Below, piece by piece: positions 57,601-64,000 of a stretch of DNA of 64,000 nt (positions within the stretch are counted from its first letter, which is position 1; every line of letters begins with the position of its first letter). The stretch is from NCBI GenBank assembly GCA_002269645.1, contig NIVC01000530.1, forward strand, positions 434,001 to 498,000, in the 5' to 3' direction. The notes under the pieces were generated by a model that made no database searches, was not told where the DNA came from, and was given only the letters and a program-made list of their open reading frames with translations. Position numbers and translations under genes: made by a program. Source of the stretch: Macrostomum lignano (taxonomy: Eukaryota).

Positions 57601-60155
57601 AATAAATTTTCTCCATCATGGTTTATCAAGATACGTGCCTATCCACCTGCTCTAGCTGTACAGTATTTTTTCTTAAGTAGAAATTTATATTCCAATTAAA
57701 TGATAGAGAAACGAGTGGCAAATTAATTTATTACTGTCAGATTGAAACCTCTAACATCGTAACAGTCGGTGTATTTTCCGAAAGCAAACAATCCATAAAA
57801 ACGAACACTAAAACACTCGCACACCAGCATTTCAGAAATAGCAGAGATAAAAAACAGCATAGTGCCGTCAGGCTGGATAATCATGTGCAAGCTAAAAGTA
57901 ATTTAGTTAGTCCAATGCATTCAAAGCATTCTAGCTGTTCAGTTATCAAAGCGAACATTGGGCTGCAGCCTCATCGCGTCCTGCCGACGAAGTTGAAATG
58001 GCAGCTTTCGCTTCTGCTGCTGCTGCTCACCGTCGAAGCCGCTGCATGCGCCCTGAACTGATACCACACCGGATCTTCCTCAAGGTTGGTGTCCCGCTGC
58101 GGAAGCAGTCCAGCATCAGAATCAACCGAAGGTATCGGTGTGGATGTGATTGGCTCAGTCACAATGCGCGGCCTTGTGGGCGAGCTAACGTCCTCGTCAT
58201 CAGCATGATCTCCGCCCTCATCAGTCTCCATTATGGGCTTCGTGTCCTGGTCAGCCTCCAACTTGAGCTTCTTGTCCTCTTCCTCCTCTTCCTCATCAGA
58301 CTCCAGCTCGTACTGCATTGTGTTCCTCAAGGGAGCCACCAGCTGACCGTCGATCCAGGAGGCGATTTTCCAGAGCTTCTGCCACAGCGGCGGAGTCAGT
58401 GGTACGGCGTTTCGTCTCAAAAACTCCTCGCAGCAATCTTCCGGCAGCCGTTTGAGCCAAATGATGCCGCCTTTGACTTCCACAAACTTATCGAAGCCGA
58501 GTTTCACGACCTTGGGCTCGTTGTTGCGTGCAGAAATCACAAGTGAGCGTTTCACCTCCTTCAATTTCTTCCATTGGTGAACATTCAGGTTGAATCCTGG
58601 GACGCCTGGCTTCAGACTTGCCGTGCTGCCGTGTCGGTAAAATTTGCGAATAGCGATAAATTTTTGTCCTTCAAACTCCTGGACTTGTGCCTTATAGCCT
58701 TCACAGATGTCCATTTTCCTTTCGCAATTGAAAACTCACAAAAGTTAAAAGCTGAGGAAAATTTCGGATGAAATTTTGGATTTGAAAATTGAGAATTCTT
58801 TCTTGTCAATTTCGGGGCTTATATACCCTCGACCGAACCACCCCAAACCACCCATCCCACTCCGGGCTCTGTGATTGGCTCTTTCGCAAACATTATTTCC
58901 ATAGATTACACATATCTCTGCATTAATGCATACTCTTATCTCTGCAGTGTTAACCACCCCCAATGCAAAGAGATAGGCCGCCTCTCCTCCTATCTCTGCA
59001 GTGTTAACCACCCCCAATGCAAAGAGATAGGCCGCCTCTCCTCCTATCTCTGCAGTGTTAACCACCCCCAATGCAAAGAGATAGGCCGCCTCTCCTCCTA
59101 TCTCTGCAGTGTTAACCATCTCCAGTGTAAAGAAATAGGCCGCCTCTTCTCCTATCACTCCTGTGTTAAGCAGAGATAGAGCTCATATCTCTGCAGTGCT
59201 TAGCCGTCCCAATGCACAGAGATAGAGCTCATATCTCTGCAGTGCTTAGCCGTCCCCAATGCACAGAGATAGAGCTCATATCTCTGCAGTGCTTAGCCGT
59301 CCCCAATGCACAGAGATAGAGCTCATATCTCTGCAGTGCTTAGCCGTCCCCAATGCACAGAGATAGAGCTCATATCTCTGCAGTGCTTAGCCGTCCCCAA
59401 TGCACAGAGATAGGGCTCATATCTCCGCAGTGTATTTTTCCCTATACATTTGCATTGCCGCCTATCTCGCCAGTGCTAGTGCGGCAGTATCATAATTCGC
59501 CCTACTACTACTCAAGCTCATTATCCTCACTGTTCAGCCTCAAAAGGATCGCTTACTGCTGTGAGCAATCATAGAATAAGTGGATATGCAAATCCCTGCG
59601 CTACCCGGTCGCTCTTTAGACTCGCTGGTGAATCGACATATCTGAGAATCTTCGATAGTCGACCAGAGCCGGAACTGGCTGCGCCATTGTTCAACGGCTA
59701 CGCCGGAAGTGCACAGCACCAGGCATCGCTTACGCACAGTGCAAGCGGCCGTAACGCCTACTAAAGTTTACCAGCTCCGCATGGCAGCACAATGACACCG
59801 CTGCGAGCTCTGCCATTGCCGAACATCTTATGCAACGATCTCTCCTGATACGGCCGCAGTGTAGTTAGCGGCTTCAAATCTATAGACAGATTCGGATTCT
59901 TCGTATCCTGACGGAAGTCGTACGGCCATCAGAGGATAATCCAGTTCAGTGCAGCGCTTCTGCAGCACTTCAATCATGCTCTGTTGCACTTCTAGAGATA
60001 CTCGGCTGGCCGATGCGGCCAAGTCCTCCGCGGTGGCGTCCTCTCGTCCAGCCGATCGTATAGGTCAAGGATGTCGCTAGAGTGTCGGTTGTCGATGCGG
60101 CGGCGGCGGCTGAGTCAGCCTGCTGTTCAGCCGCTGCGGCTGGCACAGTGCGGCC
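39601..60155 (-). CDS. ERCC3: TFIIH helicase/translocase XPB; 3' exons present, one intron holds the Polinton
   Basis: Exon ~59531-60155 has [25 protein letters not shown] and [14 protein letters not shown], with several 1-bp indels. Exon 41100-41879 has [23 protein letters not shown] and [13 protein letters not shown]. Exon 39601-39936 runs from GYAFKV to HPLFRKFKR-stop. 5' exons not resolved near the gap. Confidence 0.93.
39970..41080. repeat. ~34-bp minisatellite in last XPB intron
   Basis: (CAACAAATCGTCACTAATAGATGGAATTCCCCCT)n. Confidence 0.93.
41970..42800. repeat. ~29-bp minisatellite carrying CCGGAAGT in XPB intron
   Basis: (AACCGGAAGTGGATTATTAGCTGTTTATT)n. Confidence 0.88.
42835..42840 (+). 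other. Left target-site duplication CAAGCT (right copy 59513-59518)
   Basis: The same hexamer directly abuts both element ends; 6-bp TSDs are typical of Polinton integrases. Confidence 0.95.
42841..43180 (+). repeat. Left TIR including six 47-bp units
   Basis: AGTAGTAGGGCGAATTATGATACTGCCG... is the reverse complement of 59171-59512. Unit GCACTGCAGAGATATGAGCTCTATCTCTGTGCATTGGGGACGGCTAA. Confidence 0.95.
43554..43561 (+). promoter_or_regulatory. Candidate TATA box (TATATAAG) of left-end ORF
   Basis: 109 nt upstream of ATG 43663; the same octamer precedes the PC4-like and exonuclease genes. Confidence 0.6.
43663..45009 (+). CDS. Polinton left-end ORF of unknown function (Cys/His-rich N-terminus, basic patch, EAAGV and APAAL repeats)
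   Basis: Uninterrupted 448-aa ATG ORF with unique N- and C-terminal sequence; internal repeats of 15 and 18 bp keep the frame; preceded by a TATA box. Confidence 0.7.
   Translation: MKTFKSCHRDLYEVCISCEVCLLGGVSPRHHENENCLVSCWLACDQCGTVEALQEGKIPAYHRGHKIVSDDKKKQESNRWKVIRAIKKSNEREKKSQQKKGASRSLLSAHLSQVIDSTLKRMRPSGSSAAAEFEVELSAGVEAAGVEAAGVEAAGVEAAGVEAAGVEAAGVEAAGVEAAGVEAAGVEAAAVINFIEEDVLDQFLREFNAGQQQQQQQPVSSVPVIAGKQLHLIEDDHEMEILEEEGSDNESHNAIVPPAAPAAPAALAAPAALAAPAALAAPAALAAPAALAAPAAPAAPAALAAPAAPAAPAALAAPAALAAPAALSAPAALSAPAALAAPAALAAPAALAAPAALAAPAALAAPAAPAAPAALAAPAAPAAPAALAAPAALAAPAAPAAPAAASTIPASQSETPPVPAGVAFFLPPVGGAGYEVTIFENRIRIVPL
45894..50134 (+). CDS. Protein-primed family B DNA polymerase (pPolB), split by apparent frameshifts; probable 5' exon 45894-46254
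   Basis: Terminal-protein-like region with GSGW; DCFLY and EHW (vOTU-like Cys/His); exonuclease motifs [13 protein letters not shown] and YLEMDV; EndoVII-like CHYC..DHDH..CQECN; polymerase motifs [18 protein letters not shown] and GGDTDS. Frame changes near 48775 and 49190. The reading frame is open from 46474. Confidence 0.95.
50717..51289 (-). CDS. Divergent TATA-binding-protein (TBP)-like protein, ~190 aa
   Basis: Two TBP half-repeats. Repeat 1: [64 protein letters not shown]. Repeat 2: [30 protein letters not shown]. These align by eye with TBP QNIVSTVNL / [34 protein letters not shown] / YEPELFPGLIY..LLIFVSGKVVLTGAK. Confidence 0.88.
   Translation of the reverse strand: MSPPATALRVTNLVGGVDLRLDGGRGAQLPLRELALSMAHVIYRPVWPRVLIKRMRIPRVTLLLYPTGQLSICGAKTHADAKRAARRFVAMLHRRVPAQLLPHQTICVRIKTITAHGQLPVHSALSLLMLKSIIPNAEYEPESFSALIFNLNFCKCLLFHSGSFVLSGARSLNQLHTDSMRLLNVVLSIE
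50958..51809 (-). CDS. DEDD/DnaQ-like exonuclease-family protein (recognisable domain ~51390-51809)
   Basis: YIDFQGF..FVVKELA..H..YAPPYPW..KWNDG..Y..G.RK..V.NLEDLG.P..CA..N..W resembles the small nuclease-fold proteins of Polintons and insect DNA viruses. The 3' part of the ORF overlaps the TBP-like gene in another frame. Confidence 0.6.
   Translation of the reverse strand: MNYIDFQGFPCNSTSKKFVVKELAVVQIRAGSYHIAHHVYAPPYPWERVSPDMRVYYRQLSKSLHQFKWNDGTRPYMELAEDILSIASGPIWSNGERKSIFLTELLGRQVYNLEDLGAPSTEDSDTGCAVRNSLLHYSWLKPKFCINLRSEQCPWHTSSKVGRSRFGEEVDDRNEPTSYSPKSDQSGWRSRSETGWWQGRSAASTGTGSQHGSCDLPARLAPGAHQADADSQSDSPTLPYWATEHLRCQDPRRRQKGCPSLRGYAASESAGSTAASSNNLCSN
51851..51858 (-). promoter_or_regulatory. 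Candidate TATA box (TATATAAG) upstream of the exonuclease/TBP-like cassette
   Basis: Plus strand reads CTTATATA; 49 nt upstream of ATG 51809. Confidence 0.5.
51910..52530 (-). CDS. Conserved uncharacterised Polinton protein (PW/PZ-type)
   Basis: Intact 206-aa ORF; the [32 protein letters not shown] pattern resembles a conserved Polinton core gene. Assignment to a named family is uncertain. Confidence 0.65.
   Translation of the reverse strand: MNKFSEMVLIPKAEYEMLMQNLKPNETTTEADLKQAQKKCDDILYAEDCPEDVKTAMYQSAMQSLLAKRKHAGKEGARNTEAKLMKTETPQISTWEEKISKSVPQKFKTRARSLWTILSTNPELIRVCENGEVEIAGTSIPSSNILDLIQHTVRDSPCEREPVGWNEFIDFLQQKKLNVPLSAVGKSVKKKMATSRGVNWRKNRRV
52496..52774 (-). CDS. Small basic Polinton protein, probable structural accessory (true start may be ATG 52814 via a frameshift)
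   Basis: [38 protein letters not shown] pattern and position between the ATPase and the PW/PZ-type gene. Confidence 0.5.
   Translation of the reverse strand: MRFKRLLIKNCPKEVRYFLVEACHNLLQNNLSFSLDEKAVLAKSKEIIRKITHKRRKTDLLKAGFIKILPILLKLVKKKKQNEQIFRNGSDS
52875..53520 (-). CDS. A32/FtsK-like genome packaging ATPase (two apparent frameshifts)
   Basis: Walker A GPTNAGKT, Walker B LVVFDDL, then HH..LTQNIF, RTMSLN and YL.ILKNP, continuing in another frame as [18 protein letters not shown]. Confidence 0.92.
53593..54054 (-). CDS. Adenain/Ulp1-like maturation cysteine protease
   Basis: GHWV (His), FNSLG, RVQ (oxyanion Gln) and CGMFC (Cys) in the canonical order; lies between MCP and ATPase. Confidence 0.88.
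   Translation of the reverse strand: MDAIQLLNLARKFLPYQKFLIVTLHLRYKNSLPLNVKRKFRSSISFENKFVFVLLQHNGSFGHWVVCYVGQGNRIELFNSLGWEPEILSLVYNLFREIKTTGFWLRSNINRVQCANSNKCGMFCIYFAYQKFLFNRSFEGILKHLHANEKSFE
54060..55333 (-). CDS. Major capsid protein (double jelly-roll, PY-type), broken by about five apparent 1-bp deletions
   Basis: LDLF.TP..QT.IE..YV..P..PIEF, DL..S.LY, INQRVVS..YPY.AY, LP.FIMLAFV..AFNG and L.LEIRF..AL are found in successive frames. Confidence 0.88.
55362..55711 (-). CDS. Small Arg/Lys-rich putative core (DNA-condensing) protein, one apparent frameshift
   Basis: ATG at 55711 overlaps the inferred mCP stop (ATGA). Reads [12 protein letters not shown], then LYGCGSFPG and a basic tract [24 protein letters not shown]. 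The 350-nt span becomes whole codons if one base is restored. Confidence 0.55.
55708..56523 (-). CDS. Minor capsid protein (penton, single jelly-roll), two apparent frameshifts
   Basis: F.FYLP.PI.L..YE.GL.EI.LP..W.N at the N-terminus; [21 protein letters not shown] near the C-terminus. Confidence 0.8.
56563..57619 (-). CDS. Retroviral-like (RVE/DDE) integrase with C-terminal chromodomain, two apparent 1-bp deletions
   Basis: [52 protein letters not shown]; chromodomain [15 protein letters not shown]. Confidence 0.95.
57971..58714 (-). CDS. PC4/Sub1-like ssDNA-binding protein with a second degenerate PC4 repeat and acidic tail
   Basis: [37 protein letters not shown] matches PC4 VRDFKGKVLIDIREYW..KPGRKGISLNPEQWSQLKE. 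Intact 247-aa ORF. Confidence 0.85.
   Translation of the reverse strand: MDICEGYKAQVQEFEGQKFIAIRKFYRHGSTASLKPGVPGFNLNVHQWKKLKEVKRSLVISARNNEPKVVKLGFDKFVEVKGGIIWLKRLPEDCCEEFLRRNAVPLTPPLWQKLWKIASWIDGQLVAPLRNTMQYELESDEEEEEEDKKLKLEADQDTKPIMETDEGGDHADDEDVSSPTRPRIVTEPITSTPIPSVDSDAGLLPQRDTNLEEDPVWYQFRAHAAASTVSSSSRSESCHFNFVGRTR
58818..58825 (-). promoter_or_regulatory. Candidate TATA box (TATATAAG) of the PC4-like gene
   Basis: 111 nt upstream of ATG 58714; CCAAT-like element on the minus strand at ~58871-58880. Confidence 0.6.
58937..59150. repeat. Right subterminal 54-bp tandem repeat (~4 copies), related to the TIR unit
   Basis: TATCTCTGCAG recurs at 58937, 58991, 59045 and 59099, and shares the CAATGCA.AGAGATAG motif with the 47-bp unit. 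Confidence 0.85.
59171..59512 (-). repeat. Right TIR including six 47-bp units
   Basis: Near-identical inverted copy of the left TIR; differs by one extra terminal AGT and a 1-bp indel. Confidence 0.95.
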
Positions 60156-60659
60156 CTGTCAATCACATTTTCATGGTATTTATTTTATTTAGGCTTTTAT
60201 AGTAACAAGCAATGGATAATAGCGCAGTTATATTTTGTATTCATATTGCTTCAGTGTCAAGGCAAATAGGATTTGGATAAATAATTTTTGTCCCTTGTTT
60301 ATTGTGCGCCCTAGAGTCGTGTTGAAGGTAACACAGGTAAAATAGAAAAGAAGTGACTGCACCAGGGGTCGGGCAAACTTTTTTATTTGAAGAATGGAAA
60401 AGGAACAGGAGGAAGAGGAGACGAGAGGAGAGGCAGCTGAGAAGAGAAAAAACCTTGAGCGGGCGGATTGCTATTGTGAGGTTTCAAAGAACCCGAGGGC
60501 CGGATAGAGAGGCTTTGCGGCTGCATATGGCTCGCGAGCCGGAACTTGCCGACCCTAAAACGACGGCTGCAACTCTGAAACGACTCTAAGGCATGCAACG
60601 CAAGTGACTCTGGTGCCGTAGAGTCGTACACTGAGGCGTGCTAACAGTAGAGTTCAGTC

Positions 60660-61184
60660 NNNNNNNNNNNNNNNNNNNNNNNNNNNNNNNNNNNNNNNNN
60701 NNNNNNNNNNNNNNNNNNNNNNNNNNNNNNNNNNNNNNNNNNNNNNNNNNNNNNNNNNNNNNNNNNNNNNNNNNNNNNNNNNNNNNNNNNNNNNNNNNNN
60801 NNNNNNNNNNNNNNNNNNNNNNNNNNNNNNNNNNNNNNNNNNNNNNNNNNNNNNNNNNNNNNNNNNNNNNNNNNNNNNNNNNNNNNNNNNNNNNNNNNNN
60901 NNNNNNNNNNNNNNNNNNNNNNNNNNNNNNNNNNNNNNNNNNNNNNNNNNNNNNNNNNNNNNNNNNNNNNNNNNNNNNNNNNNNNNNNNNNNNNNNNNNN
61001 NNNNNNNNNNNNNNNNNNNNNNNNNNNNNNNNNNNNNNNNNNNNNNNNNNNNNNNNNNNNNNNNNNNNNNNNNNNNNNNNNNNNNNNNNNNNNNNNNNNN
61101 NNNNNNNNNNNNNNNNNNNNNNNNNNNNNNNNNNNNNNNNNNNNNNNNNNNNNNNNNNNNNNNNNNNNNNNNNNNNNNNNNNNN
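60660..61184. other. Assembly gap (N run)
   Basis: Direct reading of the sequence. Confidence 0.99.
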
Positions 61185-64000
61185 TCATTCTCAAACAAGC
61201 AGGTCATCATTCTCAAACAAGCGGGTCATCATTTCAAACAAGCAGGTCATCATTCTCAAACAAGCAGGTCATCATTCTCAAACAAGCAGGTCATCATTCT
61301 CAAGCAAGCGGGTCATCATTCTCAAACAAGCAGGTCATCATTCTTAAACAAGCGGGTCATCATTCTCAAACAAGCAGCAGGTCATCATTCTCAAACAAGC
61401 AGGTCATAATTCTCAAACAAGCAGGTCATCATTCTCAAACAAGCAGGTCATCATTCTCAAACAAGCAGGTCATCATTCTCAAACAAGCAGGTCATCATTC
61501 TCAAACAAGCAGGTCATCATTCTCAAACAAGCAGGTCATCATTCTCAAACAAGCAGGTCATCATTCTCAAGCAAGCGGGTCATCATTCTTAAACAAGGGT
61601 CATCATTCTTTAACAAGCAGGTCATCGTTCTAAACAAGGGTCATCATTCTTAAACAAGCGGGTCATCATTCTTAAACAAGCGGGTCATCATTCTTAACAA
61701 GCAGGTCATCATTCTCAACAAGCAGGTCATCATTCTCAAACAAGCAGGTCATCGTTCTCAAACAAGCGGGTCATCATTTAAACAAGCGGTCATCATTCTC
61801 AAACAAGCAGGCCATCATTCTCAAACAAGCAGGTCACCATTCTCAAACAAGCAGGTCATCATTCTCAAACAAGCAGGCCATCATTCTTAAACAAGCAGGT
61901 CATCATTCTCAAACAAGCAGGTCATCATTCTCAAACAAGCAGGTCATCATTCTCAAACAAGCAGGTCATCATTCTCAAACAAGCAGGCCATCATTCTCAA
62001 ACAAGCAGGTCATCATTCTCAAACAAGCAGGTCATCATTCTCAAACAAGCAGGTCATCATTCTCAAACAAGCAGGCCATCATTCTTAAACAAGCAGGTCA
62101 TCATTCTCAAACAAGCAGGCCATCATTCTTAAACAAGCGGGTCATCATTCTCAAACAAGCAGGTCATCATTCTCAAACAAGCAGGCCATCATTCTTAAAC
62201 AAGCGGGTCATCATTCTCAAACAAGCGGGTCATCATTCTCAAACAAGCAGGTCATCATTCTCAAGCAAGCAGGCCATTATTCTCAAACAAGCAGGTCATC
62301 ATTCTTAAACAAGCAGGCCATCATTCTCAAACAAGCAGGTCATCATTCTCAACAAGCGGGTCATCATTCTAAACAAGCAGGTCATCATTCTCAAACAACA
62401 GGTCATCATTCTCAAACAAGCAGCAGGTCATCATTCTCAAACAAGCAGGTCATCATTCTCAAACAAGCGGGTCATCATTCTCAAACAAGCAGGTCATCGT
62501 TCTTAAACAAGCGGGTCATCATTCTTAAACAAGCGGGTCATCATTCTTTAACAAGCAGGTCATCATTCTCAAGCAAGCGGGTCATCATTCTTTAACAAGC
62601 AGTTCATCGTTCTCAAACAAGCGGGTCATCATTCTCAAACAAGCAGGTCATCATTCTCAAACAAGCAGGTCATCGTTCTTAAACAAGCGGGTAATCATTC
62701 TTAAACAAGCGGGTCATCATTCTTTAACAAGCAGGTCATCATTCTCAAGCAAGCGGGTCATCATTCTTTAACAAGCAGTTCATCGTTCTCAAACAAGCGG
62801 GTCATCATTCTTTAACAAGCAGGTCATCATTCTCAAACAAGCGGGTCATCATTCTCAAACAAGCAGGTCATCATTCTCAAACAAGCAGGTCATCATTCTC
62901 AAACAAGCAGGCCATCATTCTCAAGCAAGCGGGTCATCATTCTTAAACAAGCGGGTCATCATTCTTTAACAAGCAGGTCATCGTTCTTAAACAAGCGGGT
63001 CATCATTCTTAAACAAGCGGTCATCATTCTCAAACAAGCAGCCATCATTCTTAACAAGCAGCAGGTCATCATTCTCAAACAAGCAGGTCATCATTCTCAA
63101 ACAAGCAGGTCATCATTCTCAAACAAGCAGGTCATCATTCTCAAACAAGCAGCGGGTCATCATTCTCAAACAAGCAGGTCATCATTCTCAAACAAGCAGG
63201 TCATCATTCTCAAACAAGCAGGTCATCATTCTCAAACAAGCAGCGGGTCATCATTCTCAAACAAGCAGGCCATCATTCTTAAACAAGCAGGTCATCATTC
63301 TCAAACAAGCAGGTCATCATTCTTAAACAAGCAGGTCATCATTCTCAAACAAGCAGCAGGTCATCATTCTCAAACAAGCAGGTCATCATTCTCAAACAAG
63401 CAGGTCATCATTCTCAAACAAGCAGGTCATCATTCTCAAACAAGCAGGCCATCATTCTTAAACAAGCGGGTCATCATTCTCAAAAAAGCAGGTCATCATT
63501 CTCAAACAAGCAGGCCATCATTCTCAAACAAGCAGGCCATCATTCTCAAACAAGCGGGTCATCATTCTCAAACAAGCGGGTCATCATTCTTAAAAGCAGG
63601 TCATCATTCTCAAACAAGCAGGTCATCATTCTCAACAAGCAGGCCATCATTCTCAAACAAGCAGGCCATCATTCTAAACAAGCGGGTCATCATTCTCAAA
63701 CAAGCGGGTCATCATTCTTTAACAAGCAGGTCATCATTCTCAACAAGCGGGTCATCATTCTTTAACAAGCAGGTCATCATTCTCAAACAAGCAGGTCATC
63801 ATTCTCAAACAAGCGGGTCATCATTCTCAACAAGCGGGTCATCATTCTTAAACAAGCGGGTCATCATTCTCAAACAACACGTCATCATTCTTAAACAAGC
63901 GGGTCATCATTCTTAAACAAGCGGGTCATCATTCTTAAACAAGCAGGTCATCATTCTTAAACAAGCGGTCATCATTCTTAAACAAGCGGGTCATCATTAT
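61185..64000. repeat. 22-bp satellite array running off the window end
   Basis: (TTCTCAAACAAGCAGGTCATCA)n. Confidence 0.97.

Larger units (their letters stand above)
42841..59512. mobile_element. Polinton/Maverick (virus-like self-synthesizing transposon), full length, 16672 bp
   Basis: AGTAGT termini, ~340-bp inverted repeats, identical 6-bp flanks CAAGCT (42835-42840 and 59513-59518), and pPolB, INT, ATPase, protease, MCP and mCP genes. Confidence 0.97.

Noticed and set aside
39601-60155. XPB as Polinton cargo, or targeted insertion linked to the element's TBP/PC4 genes
   Set aside because: XPB exons lie outside the TSDs, so it is the host gene. One insertion cannot show targeting; treated as coincidence unless other copies also hit transcription-factor genes.
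60586-61633. ORFs spanning the N run
   Set aside because: Artefacts of the assembly gap.

Overview
Metazoan eukaryotic genomic window, not prokaryotic. Spliceosomal genes sit among many unrelated minisatellite arrays; a repeat-rich invertebrate such as a macrostomid flatworm is a guess only. Host genes: EXOC5/Sec10 (minus strand, runs off the window start), a PDI-like protein with two CXXS active sites, a synaptotagmin-7-like gene, an SSUH2-like gene and XPB/ERCC3 (minus strand). The main feature is a full-length 16.7-kb Polinton/Maverick (42841-59512) inside an XPB intron, with ~340-bp TIRs, AGT-repeat ends and a perfect 6-bp TSD (CAAGCT). It carries the canonical genes: pPolB, integrase, packaging ATPase, adenain-like protease, and major and minor capsid proteins. 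It also carries an unusual transcription-related set: a divergent TATA-binding-protein (TBP) homolog, a tandem PC4-like protein, a low-complexity left-end ORF, and three TATATAAG boxes in front of its transcription units. Many apparent 1-bp deletions break the element ORFs and the neighbouring XPB exon near an N-gap, which looks more like consensus error than decay. All family calls were made by eye from motifs; no searches were run.
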